Of a stretch of 64,000 nucleotides of DNA, positions 51,772-61,160 are shown piece after piece. The DNA is from Candidatus Heimdallarchaeota archaeon (GTDB taxonomy: Archaea; Asgardarchaeota; Heimdallarchaeia; Heimdallarchaeales; Heimdallarchaeaceae), in the NCBI GenBank assembly GCA_016840095.1, contig JAEOSZ010000026.1:17920-81919 (forward strand), in the 5' to 3' direction. The notes beneath the pieces were generated by a model. The model did no database searches and was not told the origin of the DNA. It saw nothing but the letters and a program-made list of their open reading frames with translations. How positions within the stretch are numbered: position 1 is the stretch's first letter; each line of letters opens with the position of its first letter. The translations under genes and the position numbers were made by a program.

Positions 51772-52365
51772 ATGAGACGCCAACTCTATATCTTGATCAT
51801 GCTATCAATTATGACTTCATTAGTTGTTACTCAATCTCTAACTGTTAAAGCATATGATAATCTATATGGAGTTGAATATGACGATGTAATTGATGTTGCG
51901 TTTGAAAGCTGGATAAATGGTATCTTCTCTAATAGTTATACAGCAGAAGGCCCTTTCAGACTTACTGTAAGTAATCAAGTAATCAACTCGAATTTTACTA
52001 GCGAACTCCTTGGGATGAAGGAAGGTGAAGTAAAACCCTATATTACTTGGATTAATTTGGATGAAGATGTAATAGAGTATTATGATACAACAATTGTGAG
52101 GTTAGTAAAAGATTCTACTCCTGATTCAACACTTGCATGGAGAATAATTCGTCCGATTCTCATTACTGTTGCTAGTCTAGGTATTGTTATTGGAGGAGCT
52201 TATGCTGGAGTTAAAATCAGTCAGCGCTTAGGAATCAAAGGATGTTCTACTTGTGATAATAAAGCAACCTCTAAATGCTCAAGATGTGGAGAAAACTATT
52301 GTGCTAGCTGCTCAAGTAAAGGATGCAATAGTTGTGGAAGTAGACAATTCGTTAGACGTCAGTAA
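51772..52365 (+). CDS. Paralogous single-pass membrane protein: FKBP-like domain, TM, C8 zinc finger
   Basis: DDVIDVAF...PFRLTV...F...LLGMKEGEVK; TM; identical 8-Cys spacing. Confidence 0.8.
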   Translation: MRRQLYILIMLSIMTSLVVTQSLTVKAYDNLYGVEYDDVIDVAFESWINGIFSNSYTAEGPFRLTVSNQVINSNFTSELLGMKEGEVKPYITWINLDEDVIEYYDTTIVRLVKDSTPDSTLAWRIIRPILITVASLGIVIGGAYAGVKISQRLGIKGCSTCDNKATSKCSRCGENYCASCSSKGCNSCGSRQFVRRQ

Positions 52366-52420
52366 TCTTAACTCATACAAAGATTTTTTTAATGATTTCA
52401 ATATATTATTTTACCTTTAT

Positions 52421-52503
52421 GCCAGGATAGCCAAGTGGTACGGCGGGGGTCTCGAAAACCTCTGGCATCAGCCTCCGGGGTTCAAATCCCCGTCCTGGCT
52501 CCA
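52421..52503 (+). tRNA. tRNA-Ser(CGA), CCA encoded, U73 discriminator
   Basis: Acceptor GCCAGGA/TCCTGGC, anticodon arm GGGGT-CTCGAAA-ACCTC, variable arm GGC-ATCA-GCC, T arm CGGGG-TTCAAAT-CCCCG. Confidence 0.95.
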
Positions 52504-52577
52504 AGGAATTCGCCATACTTTTATTTCATTAAGTTTTTATTGTGCTCAGCTAATCTCTGCCTATAGGTGACTTTGTA

Positions 52578-54008
52578 ATGGTATCTCCAACATTTCGTGT
52601 AAGAAGTATTTATGATGTTGCACTAATTAAATTAGTGTCAGAAAATCTAGATTTTGAACTTGTACAACCCGTTCCAGAGCAAATTATGTTGTTCAAAATT
52701 GAAGAAAAAATGGTCCCATATGATATTGAAATTCAAGATATCTTAGAAGGTTATGGAATTTCTATTGAAGGAGATGAAGAGTATGTTTCCTTGATCAGTA
52801 CTCTGTTTCATAAAAATATACCCAATTCAATTGTTCTTAAACATCCAGTTCAGCTTCATGCGGTCTATAATGGTAAAGTTGTCCACATTAATAACGAGAA
52901 AAATCTCTCTGTAATTGATATAGGAGAGAATGTTAATGCAATCTTATTTGGTTCAAATTTCCATAAGGGACAAAAAGTAGTTGTTCAGATTAAACAACTC
53001 AACATTTTTGAGGATCAACTACCTGTTTGTTCAACCGTTATTCATTTTCCAGGTCAATCTGTAATATTGGAAAGAGATGCAAATTTTGTTAGAGTTTCAA
53101 GAAAATTACCTAAGTTGGATAGAGATAAGCTATTTGAGTTAGGTAAAGGTATGAGACCGGAAGACCACGGATTAATAATGCGAACTAGCGCAACAAAAGC
53201 CTCACAAGAAGCTATCCAAGCTGATATTGATCAACTTGTTCAAAGAGCTGAAGAACTTGATTTGTTGATATCAGGTTCATCTTATGGTCCAGGAATACTA
53301 CAAGCAGGACAGACAGTTGCTCATGTATTATTAGTAAAGGATGCTAAGGAAAAGCTTACAGAACTTAGAAACAAAGTGGTTCCATCAATACCAATGTATC
53401 ATTGGTTCATGTCTTATTCAAAAGAATTGAAGCTTACTACAACTTTTGCTGAAAGAATTGCAAAAGAAATAGATGGAAACAAAATTTCTACTGTGCTAAA
53501 AGAAATTATTCTAGAAGCAGATTTTAGCGACAACTCTATTATGTATTTACAAGAGTACAAATTAACTTCTCCTCCACAAGAAAGGATTCTAGGCCAACTA
53601 AGTTGGTCAGATGATGTTTTAGTTATTAAGAGGAGTTTTAGATCTTCTCGAGGTGTTCACTATAGCTTAGATATTGATATTAGTCAAGGTGATACTTCCT
53701 CCATTCTTGCAAAAGAAGGTAGTTGGTCAGTACATATGAAAATCTTTCGAGATGACAAACAGTTAGGTGAAACAGTGAAAATCGTAACACCAATAGAGCT
53801 TTGCAATGGTGGAAAACTTAGATATATTGATTTAGGTTTACTACTTATTAAAAAAGAGGAAGAAATAAAGACTGTGGATGAAGGTCTAATAAATCACCTA
53901 ACCGATAAAGGAATAATTTCCAATCAACTAAGAGAGAAAATCTATTCAATTTTAGAAGAATGCCAAAAGCAATTAGCAGCTGGAAAAGATCAAATTCTAG
54001 TAATGTAA
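52578..54008 (+). CDS. fau-1: FAU-1 (RNase E/G-related AU-binding ribonuclease)
   Basis: N-terminal RVRSIYDVALIKL...FELVQP, S1-like region, GLIMRTSA, C-terminal TPIEL...YIDL. Confidence 0.75.
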   Translation: MVSPTFRVRSIYDVALIKLVSENLDFELVQPVPEQIMLFKIEEKMVPYDIEIQDILEGYGISIEGDEEYVSLISTLFHKNIPNSIVLKHPVQLHAVYNGKVVHINNEKNLSVIDIGENVNAILFGSNFHKGQKVVVQIKQLNIFEDQLPVCSTVIHFPGQSVILERDANFVRVSRKLPKLDRDKLFELGKGMRPEDHGLIMRTSATKASQEAIQADIDQLVQRAEELDLLISGSSYGPGILQAGQTVAHVLLVKDAKEKLTELRNKVVPSIPMYHWFMSYSKELKLTTTFAERIAKEIDGNKISTVLKEIILEADFSDNSIMYLQEYKLTSPPQERILGQLSWSDDVLVIKRSFRSSRGVHYSLDIDISQGDTSSILAKEGSWSVHMKIFRDDKQLGETVKIVTPIELCNGGKLRYIDLGLLLIKKEEEIKTVDEGLINHLTDKGIISNQLREKIYSILEECQKQLAAGKDQILVM

Positions 54009-54031
54009 GAATAATATGGAAGTTGTAATTG

Positions 54032-54937
54032 ATGGAACACTTAACAGCTGTTAAATGGGATCCTTCAACCTCTCCTTTTGTTTTTCTTTTTCTAAGAAAG
54101 CCAAATCAAGAAACGGAGGAGATAGTTAAGAAACCTCTTTTTCCTGGAGACCCTTTTAATGTTACAATATCTGAAGAAAAAGTGTGCATAGGACACTCAA
54201 TAAACAAGGAAGAGTATCATTTCTGTAATAGTACAGTTGACGGGCAATATAACAGATGTTATACTTGTGAACAACAAGATTTTGAACGTTGCTTTCTATT
54301 TTGTGACGCATCAAAGCCTTTTGGGAACTGCATAAATTCTGCAGCTTATGAATACTGTAAATCTCATAAAAGTTCAGTTTATCTTGCTTTGATTGCAAAT
54401 GATGTAAAAGTAGGTGTATCATTTACTCCATTGAAGAGATGGATGAATCAGGGAGCTGATATAGCAGTTGAAATACTGAAAGTAAAAGATGGATTTGAAG
54501 CACGAACAGTTGAAAAGATGATTTCATCTGATTTAGGAATATCTCAAACAATTAGAAAAGCTACTAAAGCTAGAAAGCTGAATTACAATCTTGAACGCTC
54601 CTTACCAGACTTTAGAAAATTATCTAAGGAGGTAATCTCTTATCTAGAAGGCAAATCACTGCTATCAGAACCCTCAGATATTCTCTTTAAAGAAACAAGC
54701 TTATCTTCATACTATGGGGATATACCTTCAATAAATGTAAATCCAATACTAAATGAAGTTGAAAAGACTTCTCAGATAACTGGTACAATTGTTGGTGTGA
54801 AAGGAAAGCTTCTAGTTTCTAAAGTAAACAACAGCTATTATGTAACAAATCTCTCAAAAATTGTAGGGCATTTACTGTCTTTTTCTGATAAACCTTTGAA
54901 ACTGAAGGGACAAAAATCTCTTTCTGAATTTTTCTAA
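54032..54937 (+). CDS. DUF2797-like zinc-binding protein
   Basis: CIG...C...CYTC, VYLA...KVGV, RWMNQGA, GTIVGVKGKLL. Confidence 0.75.
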   Translation: MEHLTAVKWDPSTSPFVFLFLRKPNQETEEIVKKPLFPGDPFNVTISEEKVCIGHSINKEEYHFCNSTVDGQYNRCYTCEQQDFERCFLFCDASKPFGNCINSAAYEYCKSHKSSVYLALIANDVKVGVSFTPLKRWMNQGADIAVEILKVKDGFEARTVEKMISSDLGISQTIRKATKARKLNYNLERSLPDFRKLSKEVISYLEGKSLLSEPSDILFKETSLSSYYGDIPSINVNPILNEVEKTSQITGTIVGVKGKLLVSKVNNSYYVTNLSKIVGHLLSFSDKPLKLKGQKSLSEFF

Positions 54938-55005
54938 GAATAATTAATTCATATTACAAGAGTAGAATAATTTAAATTCATAAGTAAAACTGACTATTTG
55001 ATACT

Positions 55006-55245
55006 ATGAGTGACTTCAAAGAACGCAATATCCAATGTATACTTGAAATACTAAAGAAAAAAAATCCAGCCACTACAAAGGATATTATGGCTATGAGAGA
55101 TCTTTTTCCAGATCTTTGTGCTGGCTGTTCCTCAGGTGGAGATGTAGTTTTAGCTGGAAAACAGTTAGTTGAAGAAGGAATGGTTCAAAGAAAATGGACT
55201 AATGAAGGATTTGAATGGAAGTTAATCTCAGATCCAGAAGAATAA
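55006..55245 (+). CDS. Small winged-helix-like protein with CxxC
   Basis: ILEILKK..PATTKDI...CAGC...LVEEGMV....EGFEWKL; 1 bp from the next gene. Confidence 0.6.
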   Translation: MSDFKERNIQCILEILKKKNPATTKDIMAMRDLFPDLCAGCSSGGDVVLAGKQLVEEGMVQRKWTNEGFEWKLISDPEE

Positions 55246-55246
55246 G

Positions 55247-56521
55247 GTGAATATGATGGTTGTTTGGTCTCGTATTAGAAGAGATTTTCCGGTTTTAAAT
55301 GAGCTTTACGAAGGTAAAAGCCTAATCTATTTTGATTCAGCATGTATGGCTCTCAAACCAGTTCAAGTTTGGGAAGCAATGGAATATTATTACAAATATC
55401 TAGGGGCTTGTGGTGGGGCAGGTAGGTCAACTCATAGTCTTGGTGTTGAGACAAGCTTACTTACTGAAGAATCGAGACAGAAGATTGCCTCGTTTATAAA
55501 TGCAAAAACCCCAAATGAAATAGTTTGGACACGAAATGCAACTGAAGGACTGAACATAGTTGCAGCTACTTTACCAATAAAAAAGGATGAGAATGTTGTC
55601 ACAACAACTTTAGAGCACCATAGTGGAATGCTCCCATTTTTCAAAAAGTGTCAAGAAACTGGAAGTGAATTGAGGATAGTAAATGCTAAACCTGATGGAA
55701 CCTTTGATCCAGCTGACTTCGAAGAAAAGATAGATGACAAAACAAAGATTGTTTCATTTGTCCACGCATCAAACCTAACAGGTACAATCGCACCTCTAGA
55801 AAACATAGTAGAAATTGCTCATGAACATGATGCTTGGGTAGTTTCTGATGAAGCTCAATTTGCACCCCATGATAAATTAGATGTGCAAAAATTGGATGTT
55901 GATTTTAGTGTTCTAAGTGTTCACAAAGCTTGTGGACCAACAGGTATAGGTGTATTATATGGTAAATATGAACGCCTTGAAGAACTAGAAATGTTCCTTG
56001 TAGGCGGTGATGTAATTGAAGATGTCGTCTATGAAAATGGCAAAATCACTCCGAAATATCTTCCACCACCTCATAAATTTGAAGCAGGTTTGCAAAATTA
56101 TGGTGGGATGTTAGGTGCTGGAGCAGCTGTTGATTACTTACAAGGAATAGGAATGGAAAACATACATAAAAGAGAACAAGCTTTCTCAAGAAGATTATTA
56201 GAAGGTGTTCTTGAATTAGAGAAATTCGAGGTTCTTGGTCCTCTTGATTATAAACAAAGAGCTGCTTTAGTATCATTTAGACCTAAATCAGATGCTATGA
56301 ATCACAATGATGTAACAGAGTATTTCAATGAAATGATTCCAAATCATAAAATTCTGATGCGTTCTGGGAATATGTGTGTGCACCCATTCCAATATCAGAT
56401 AGGGATAAATCCTGCTCAAGGAGAAGGAGTAACTCGTGCATCTCTCTATATCTACAATACAATGGATGAAGTTGATATATTCTTGACAGAACTTGAAAAC
56501 TTTGCTAAAGCAATTGATTAA
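55247..56521 (+). CDS. sufS: Cysteine desulfurase, SufS/CsdA type
   Basis: IYFDSA, NATEGLN, EHHS, SVHKACGPTGIG, RSGNMC (catalytic Cys), RASLYIYNT. Confidence 0.88.
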   Translation: MNMMVVWSRIRRDFPVLNELYEGKSLIYFDSACMALKPVQVWEAMEYYYKYLGACGGAGRSTHSLGVETSLLTEESRQKIASFINAKTPNEIVWTRNATEGLNIVAATLPIKKDENVVTTTLEHHSGMLPFFKKCQETGSELRIVNAKPDGTFDPADFEEKIDDKTKIVSFVHASNLTGTIAPLENIVEIAHEHDAWVVSDEAQFAPHDKLDVQKLDVDFSVLSVHKACGPTGIGVLYGKYERLEELEMFLVGGDVIEDVVYENGKITPKYLPPPHKFEAGLQNYGGMLGAGAAVDYLQGIGMENIHKREQAFSRRLLEGVLELEKFEVLGPLDYKQRAALVSFRPKSDAMNHNDVTEYFNEMIPNHKILMRSGNMCVHPFQYQIGINPAQGEGVTRASLYIYNTMDEVDIFLTELENFAKAID

Positions 56522-56527
56522 TTTCTA

Positions 56528-56534
56528 AGGAGGT
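56528..56534 (+). promoter_or_regulatory. Shine-Dalgarno AGGAGGT
   Basis: 6 nt upstream of the ATT at 56541. Confidence 0.7.
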
Positions 56535-56540
56535 TATCAT

Positions 56541-57482
56541 ATTTCAAAAAATATCTTACTAACTGGTGGGTGTGGTTTCATAGGATCACATCTGGTAGAT
56601 CTATTGGTAAAAAAAGGATTTCACATTACAGTAGTAGATGATTTATCTGCCAAGACTGATTTAAGATATCTTCAAAATTACATTGATAATGATTCTGTGA
56701 TTTTTAGTAAAACTGATGTAAGAGATTATGATAAACTGTTAGAATTTGAAAGAGATTTTGATTTTGTATTTCATCTAGCTGCGCAACCAGATGTAAAATT
56801 AAGCGTTACAGATCCTCGTTTTGATTTTGAAGTTAATGTACTAGGAACACTAAACATACTTGAATTTATGAGACAAAGAGACATTACCAAGTTTGTTTTT
56901 GCTAGTTCTCTTGGAACAGTATATGGTGAACCTGATGTTTATCCAACTCCAGAAAACTACCAATTAAAACCAATTAGTAACTATGGAGCAGCAAAAGCAG
57001 CTTCTGAAATGTATTGTTCCAGTTATTCTTCATTATATGACATTGACATAATTTCTTTGAGGTTAGGAAATATCTATGGACCTCGTTCTACACATGGAGT
57101 GATGTTTGATTTTTACAATAAATTGCTAAAAGATTCAGCAACTCTGGAAATTCTTGGTGATGGTTCTCAAACAAAAACCTATCTCCATATAAATGACACA
57201 ATAAACGCATTTGACATCACATTTGAAAATATGAAGGAAGGTTTTGATGTGTATAATGTAAGTTCAAGTGAGCAAACAACAGTAAAGCAAATAGCTAAAT
57301 TTATGTCAAAAACCCTAGGTTTAGAGAATGTAAACTATACTTTCACTGGTGGAAAAAGAGGTTGGAAGGGAGATGTAGTTTTTACATCAGTTGATACCTT
57401 GAAATTACATGCTTTAGGGTGGAATGCTAAGATTTCAATAGAAGAAGGCATCAGTGATTATGTTGATTGGCTAAAGAAGTAG
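56541..57482 (+). CDS. NAD-dependent epimerase/dehydratase (GalE-like), probable ATT start
   Basis: In-frame extension adds SKNILLTGGCGFIGSH (GxxGxxG); HLAA, YGAAK, GNIYGP. Confidence 0.9.
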   Translation: MSKNILLTGGCGFIGSHLVDLLVKKGFHITVVDDLSAKTDLRYLQNYIDNDSVIFSKTDVRDYDKLLEFERDFDFVFHLAAQPDVKLSVTDPRFDFEVNVLGTLNILEFMRQRDITKFVFASSLGTVYGEPDVYPTPENYQLKPISNYGAAKAASEMYCSSYSSLYDIDIISLRLGNIYGPRSTHGVMFDFYNKLLKDSATLEILGDGSQTKTYLHINDTINAFDITFENMKEGFDVYNVSSSEQTTVKQIAKFMSKTLGLENVNYTFTGGKRGWKGDVVFTSVDTLKLHALGWNAKISIEEGISDYVDWLKK

Positions 57483-57609
57483 ACCCATTAGAACAATTAT
57501 TTGAAAGAATATAGAATATTTTTATCTATTAATATCTTTTAAACCGAAATGATTAAAAAACAGATTGTAAGTCATGATAATGAATAGAACTTTTAATAGG
57601 GGTATTAAA

Positions 57610-57885
57610 ATGAGCGATGAGACCCTCGAACAAGTAGATGAAGCAGTACAGCTTTTGGAAAGAATAAGTGAGGATACAACAGTTCCAAGGAATATTAGAA
57701 GAGCAGCAACAAATTCGCTGGAAATAATAAGAGAACCAGATTCAGAATTAAGTTTAGCAGTTAAAGCTAACAATGCAATTGAAATCTTAGATGAAATTTC
57801 TCAAGATCCTAATTGCCCAGCTCATGCTAGAACCATGCTGTTGCAGATTATAACCCTGTTAGAAATTACTGATTTTGATTACTAA
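57610..57885 (+). CDS. UPF0147 family protein
   Basis: DTTVPRNIRRAA, LDEISQDPNCPAHART. Confidence 0.92.
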   Translation: MSDETLEQVDEAVQLLERISEDTTVPRNIRRAATNSLEIIREPDSELSLAVKANNAIEILDEISQDPNCPAHARTMLLQIITLLEITDFDY

Positions 57886-57946
57886 TAAATCAAAACAAGT
57901 AGATTCTCCCTACCTTCTCTTTCTTTCTTTTTGATTTTTTATTGAA

Positions 57947-59173
57947 TTAGCTCTGATCCTTAATATCAGATTTTACTGATGTTCCAGGAGAAACAACACT
58001 TTTTGAAGCAATTTTTCTTCCGGGAAAAATCAGACAGTTAACACCTATTTCACAACAATCACCTATTATGGCTCCAAGTTTTGTAAGGCCTGTAGGAAGC
58101 GATTTATCTCCAACATTCATTTCTATTTCTTTTCTAGGTGTTTCAGTATTTACAGTAATAACTCCAGAAGAGAGGATGGTGTTTTTTCCAATAACGCTGT
58201 CTCCAACATAGCACAAACCAAAAATCTTTGCACCTTCAAATAGTATAGAATTTTTCACCTCACTTCCAAAACCTACTATGGCACCTTCACCTATTGAGCA
58301 ATGGTCTCGAACTAGAACGTTATTGCCTATGTAGCTGTTGGGACCAATATAGAGAGGACCATTAAGAACCGCACCTGCACAGATTTCAGTCCCACTTTCG
58401 ATTATAACAGAGTTTTTCAATTCAACATTGGCACCTATAATAACATCATTAGCTATTCTGGTTTCCTTTACTTTCGATAAAAGAAGTTTGTTTGCTTCGA
58501 TTATGTTCCATGGCTTTCCTACGTCTATCCACTCCTTTTCCCAGATAGCGGCAACTACCTTATCTCCTTTATCTATTCGATTATTGATAGCTTGACCTAA
58601 AGATGCACCATTTCTTATTTCTTCAAAGATTTCTGTTTTAATGATGAAGCATCCAGCGTCAACATATTTACTTCTGGATGACAATTCAGCTTTTTTAATT
58701 CCTGCCTTCTTTACCATACCCATTGGGTCGATTTCAACAATACCAAAATCACCAGTATCTCCTTGAAGAGTGAGAGTCATAGTCATATCAGATTGAGTAT
58801 TTTCAAAAGCATTGAGAGCCCTTTGAATTAACCCTTTTTCAGATACTATATCTCCAAATAAAAGCAGAAAACTAGATTCATCACTTGTGAACTCCTCTGC
58901 AGCCAGTATTGCAGCAACAATACCCTCCTCCGCTCCTTGGTCAGCATACTGGATAGAAACACCTAAGTCTTTACCCTTCTTAAAATAATTTCTAATTTGA
59001 TCTCCCTTATATCCTGTAACAATTAAAATCTCAGTCAAACCAACTTCCTTCAATTCTTTGATAAGATATTCAAGAATAGGCTTACCCAGAAGGGTAATCA
59101 TTGGTTTGGGTCTAGTTTGAGTGAGTGGAAAAAGATCAATACCTTTTCCACCTGCGAGTATTACTGCTTTCAT
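57947..59173 (-). CDS. glmU: Bifunctional sugar-1-P nucleotidyltransferase/acetyltransferase (archaeal GlmU type)
   Basis: KAVILAGG, RPKPM, WIDVGKPW, C-terminal hexapeptide repeats, KLGAIIGD. Confidence 0.85.
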   Translation of the reverse strand: MKAVILAGGKGIDLFPLTQTRPKPMITLLGKPILEYLIKELKEVGLTEILIVTGYKGDQIRNYFKKGKDLGVSIQYADQGAEEGIVAAILAAEEFTSDESSFLLLFGDIVSEKGLIQRALNAFENTQSDMTMTLTLQGDTGDFGIVEIDPMGMVKKAGIKKAELSSRSKYVDAGCFIIKTEIFEEIRNGASLGQAINNRIDKGDKVVAAIWEKEWIDVGKPWNIIEANKLLLSKVKETRIANDVIIGANVELKNSVIIESGTEICAGAVLNGPLYIGPNSYIGNNVLVRDHCSIGEGAIVGFGSEVKNSILFEGAKIFGLCYVGDSVIGKNTILSSGVITVNTETPRKEIEMNVGDKSLPTGLTKLGAIIGDCCEIGVNCLIFPGRKIASKSVVSPGTSVKSDIKDQS

Positions 59174-59226
59174 TTTCTTTTACTCCTTTGTTTTTTCATA
59201 ATTATATTTCTTTTTAATAGGGAATT

Positions 59227-61053
59227 TTACAAAACCGTCACGCTCTTGGACAAGTTCCTAGGCATATCCGGCGATAGGTTTCTTCTTACTGCTGTATAAT
59301 ATGCTAGTAGCTGTAAAGGTATAACATAAGGTATTGTTGAGAACATCTCTGAATATCCTTGAGGTATTTCGAACTTCCATTTTGATAGTTCTTCTATTTC
59401 TCTATCTCCTTCTTCGATAACTACTGTTGCTGCTGCTCCTCTTGCTTTCATTTCCATAATATTCCCAATAATTCGATTGTGTGTATAATCTTGTGGTGTA
59501 ATGAAAACTACAGGATAATCTTCCTCAACAAGAGCAATTGGTCCATGTTTTGATTCTCCAGCTGGATATGATTCACTATGAATGTAAGCTATTTCTTTCA
59601 TTTTCAAAGCTCCTTCATTTGCCGTTTGAAGATTCAGTCCTCTTCCCAAATAGAAACTACTATTCTTCTTCGCAAACCAAGAAGCTACGTGATTGGCTCT
59701 TGCTTCATTTCTAACTATAGTTTGCTTAACTATGTTTGGAATTTGTTGATAGAGTTTTCGAGCTTCAGAATATTCAGAATTGTTGATTTCACCAGAAAGT
59801 TTACCAAGCTCTAAACCTATATCCCACATTGCAATAGTTTGAGCAGTGTAAGTTTTTGTGGCTGCTACACCTATTTCTGGGCCTGCATACAAATATAATA
59901 CTTCATCAGAATGTCGAGTAATTGTACTTCCTATAACATTTACAGCTGAAAGAATTGAGGCTCCCTGTTCTTTAGCACTTTTGATTGCCATTATAGTATC
60001 CATGGTTTCCCCACTCTGACTCACTGGCAAAATGATTGTATCTTCATCAATCAAACTGTTAACTGATTCAAACTCAGAAGCAATAATTGAACTACTAGAT
60101 TTTTTCGCAAATCTTCTAATGAGGTGCTCACCTGTTAGTGTGGAATAATGAGCTGTGCCTGCTGCTAGAAGAAAAATCTTCTCTGCATTATAGATTTTTT
60201 CAGCTATTCTTGTTAGTGAGGGCTGTTTTATTCTAACATAATCAGCTAGAGAGTGAGGTTGCTCATGTATCTCTTTTAACATGAAATGTGGGAAACCTGC
60301 TTTTTGTGCCATTTCTGGTTTCCATGAAACTATGTGTGGTTTTCTAATTACCTTTTCTAAGGTGTTGAAATTAATGATATCATAACCTTCTGAAGTTAGC
60401 GTAACAAATTCATCATCATGAAGTAGAACTACCTTTCTAGTTTTATTAAGGAATGCAGGAATATCTGATGCACAAAACATTCTATCAGTATTAATTCCAA
60501 TTACGAGAGGACTATCACGCTTCGCACAATAGATTCTATCTGGATTTAAATTTGATACAACACATATTGCAAATGTGCCTTCAAGTCTTTTAACAACTTG
60601 AATAATGGCTTCTTTTAATGCCAAACCTTCCTTCTTCACTTGTTGTTCAATCATGTGGGGAATAATTTCTGTATCTGTTTCTGATTGAAACACATGTCCC
60701 TGTTCCAATAATTCCTCTTTAAGTCTCTGAAAATTTTCTATAATTCCATTATGAATTACTGATATGTCCCCACTACAATCAACATGGGGATGTGCATTTT
60801 CTTTGCTGGGTGGACCATGAGTTGCCCAGCGTGTGTGCCCTATAGCTATTTTCCCTTTAATACTATTAACATCAATCCTTTCAGAAACCTCTGAAATTTT
60901 TCCTTGATCTTTGGTTATTATAACCTTATTATCATAAATAGAAGCAATTCCAACACTATCGTAACCTCTGTATTCGAGTTTGGTTAGCGCTTCAATAATG
61001 GCCTTTCCTATCTTTGTTTCTTGCTTCTGAACTATTCCAACAATCCCACACAT
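59227..61053 (-). CDS. glmS: Glutamine-fructose-6-phosphate transaminase
   Basis: MCGIVG, LEYRGYDS, GHTRWATHG, SQSGET, PRNLSKSVTV. Confidence 0.98.
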   Translation of the reverse strand: MCGIVGIVQKQETKIGKAIIEALTKLEYRGYDSVGIASIYDNKVIITKDQGKISEVSERIDVNSIKGKIAIGHTRWATHGPPSKENAHPHVDCSGDISVIHNGIIENFQRLKEELLEQGHVFQSETDTEIIPHMIEQQVKKEGLALKEAIIQVVKRLEGTFAICVVSNLNPDRIYCAKRDSPLVIGINTDRMFCASDIPAFLNKTRKVVLLHDDEFVTLTSEGYDIINFNTLEKVIRKPHIVSWKPEMAQKAGFPHFMLKEIHEQPHSLADYVRIKQPSLTRIAEKIYNAEKIFLLAAGTAHYSTLTGEHLIRRFAKKSSSSIIASEFESVNSLIDEDTIILPVSQSGETMDTIMAIKSAKEQGASILSAVNVIGSTITRHSDEVLYLYAGPEIGVAATKTYTAQTIAMWDIGLELGKLSGEINNSEYSEARKLYQQIPNIVKQTIVRNEARANHVASWFAKKNSSFYLGRGLNLQTANEGALKMKEIAYIHSESYPAGESKHGPIALVEEDYPVVFITPQDYTHNRIIGNIMEMKARGAAATVVIEEGDREIEELSKWKFEIPQGYSEMFSTIPYVIPLQLLAYYTAVRRNLSPDMPRNLSKSVTVL

Positions 61054-61160
61054 AAGCAACACTTGATGTTTTTAACTGCTTTTTACTCTAAATAAGTAAA
61101 AATGATTTCCTTATTAAAACTTTCTGTTGGATAACATGTGAAAAGGCAGTTTAGGGAGAT

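Noticed and set aside
50879-52503. tRNA-bounded integrated element
   Set aside because: No duplicated tRNA 3' end (att site), integrase or other mobile genes visible
52253-52570. 105-aa ORF
   Set aside because: Overlaps a real CDS end and tRNA-Ser
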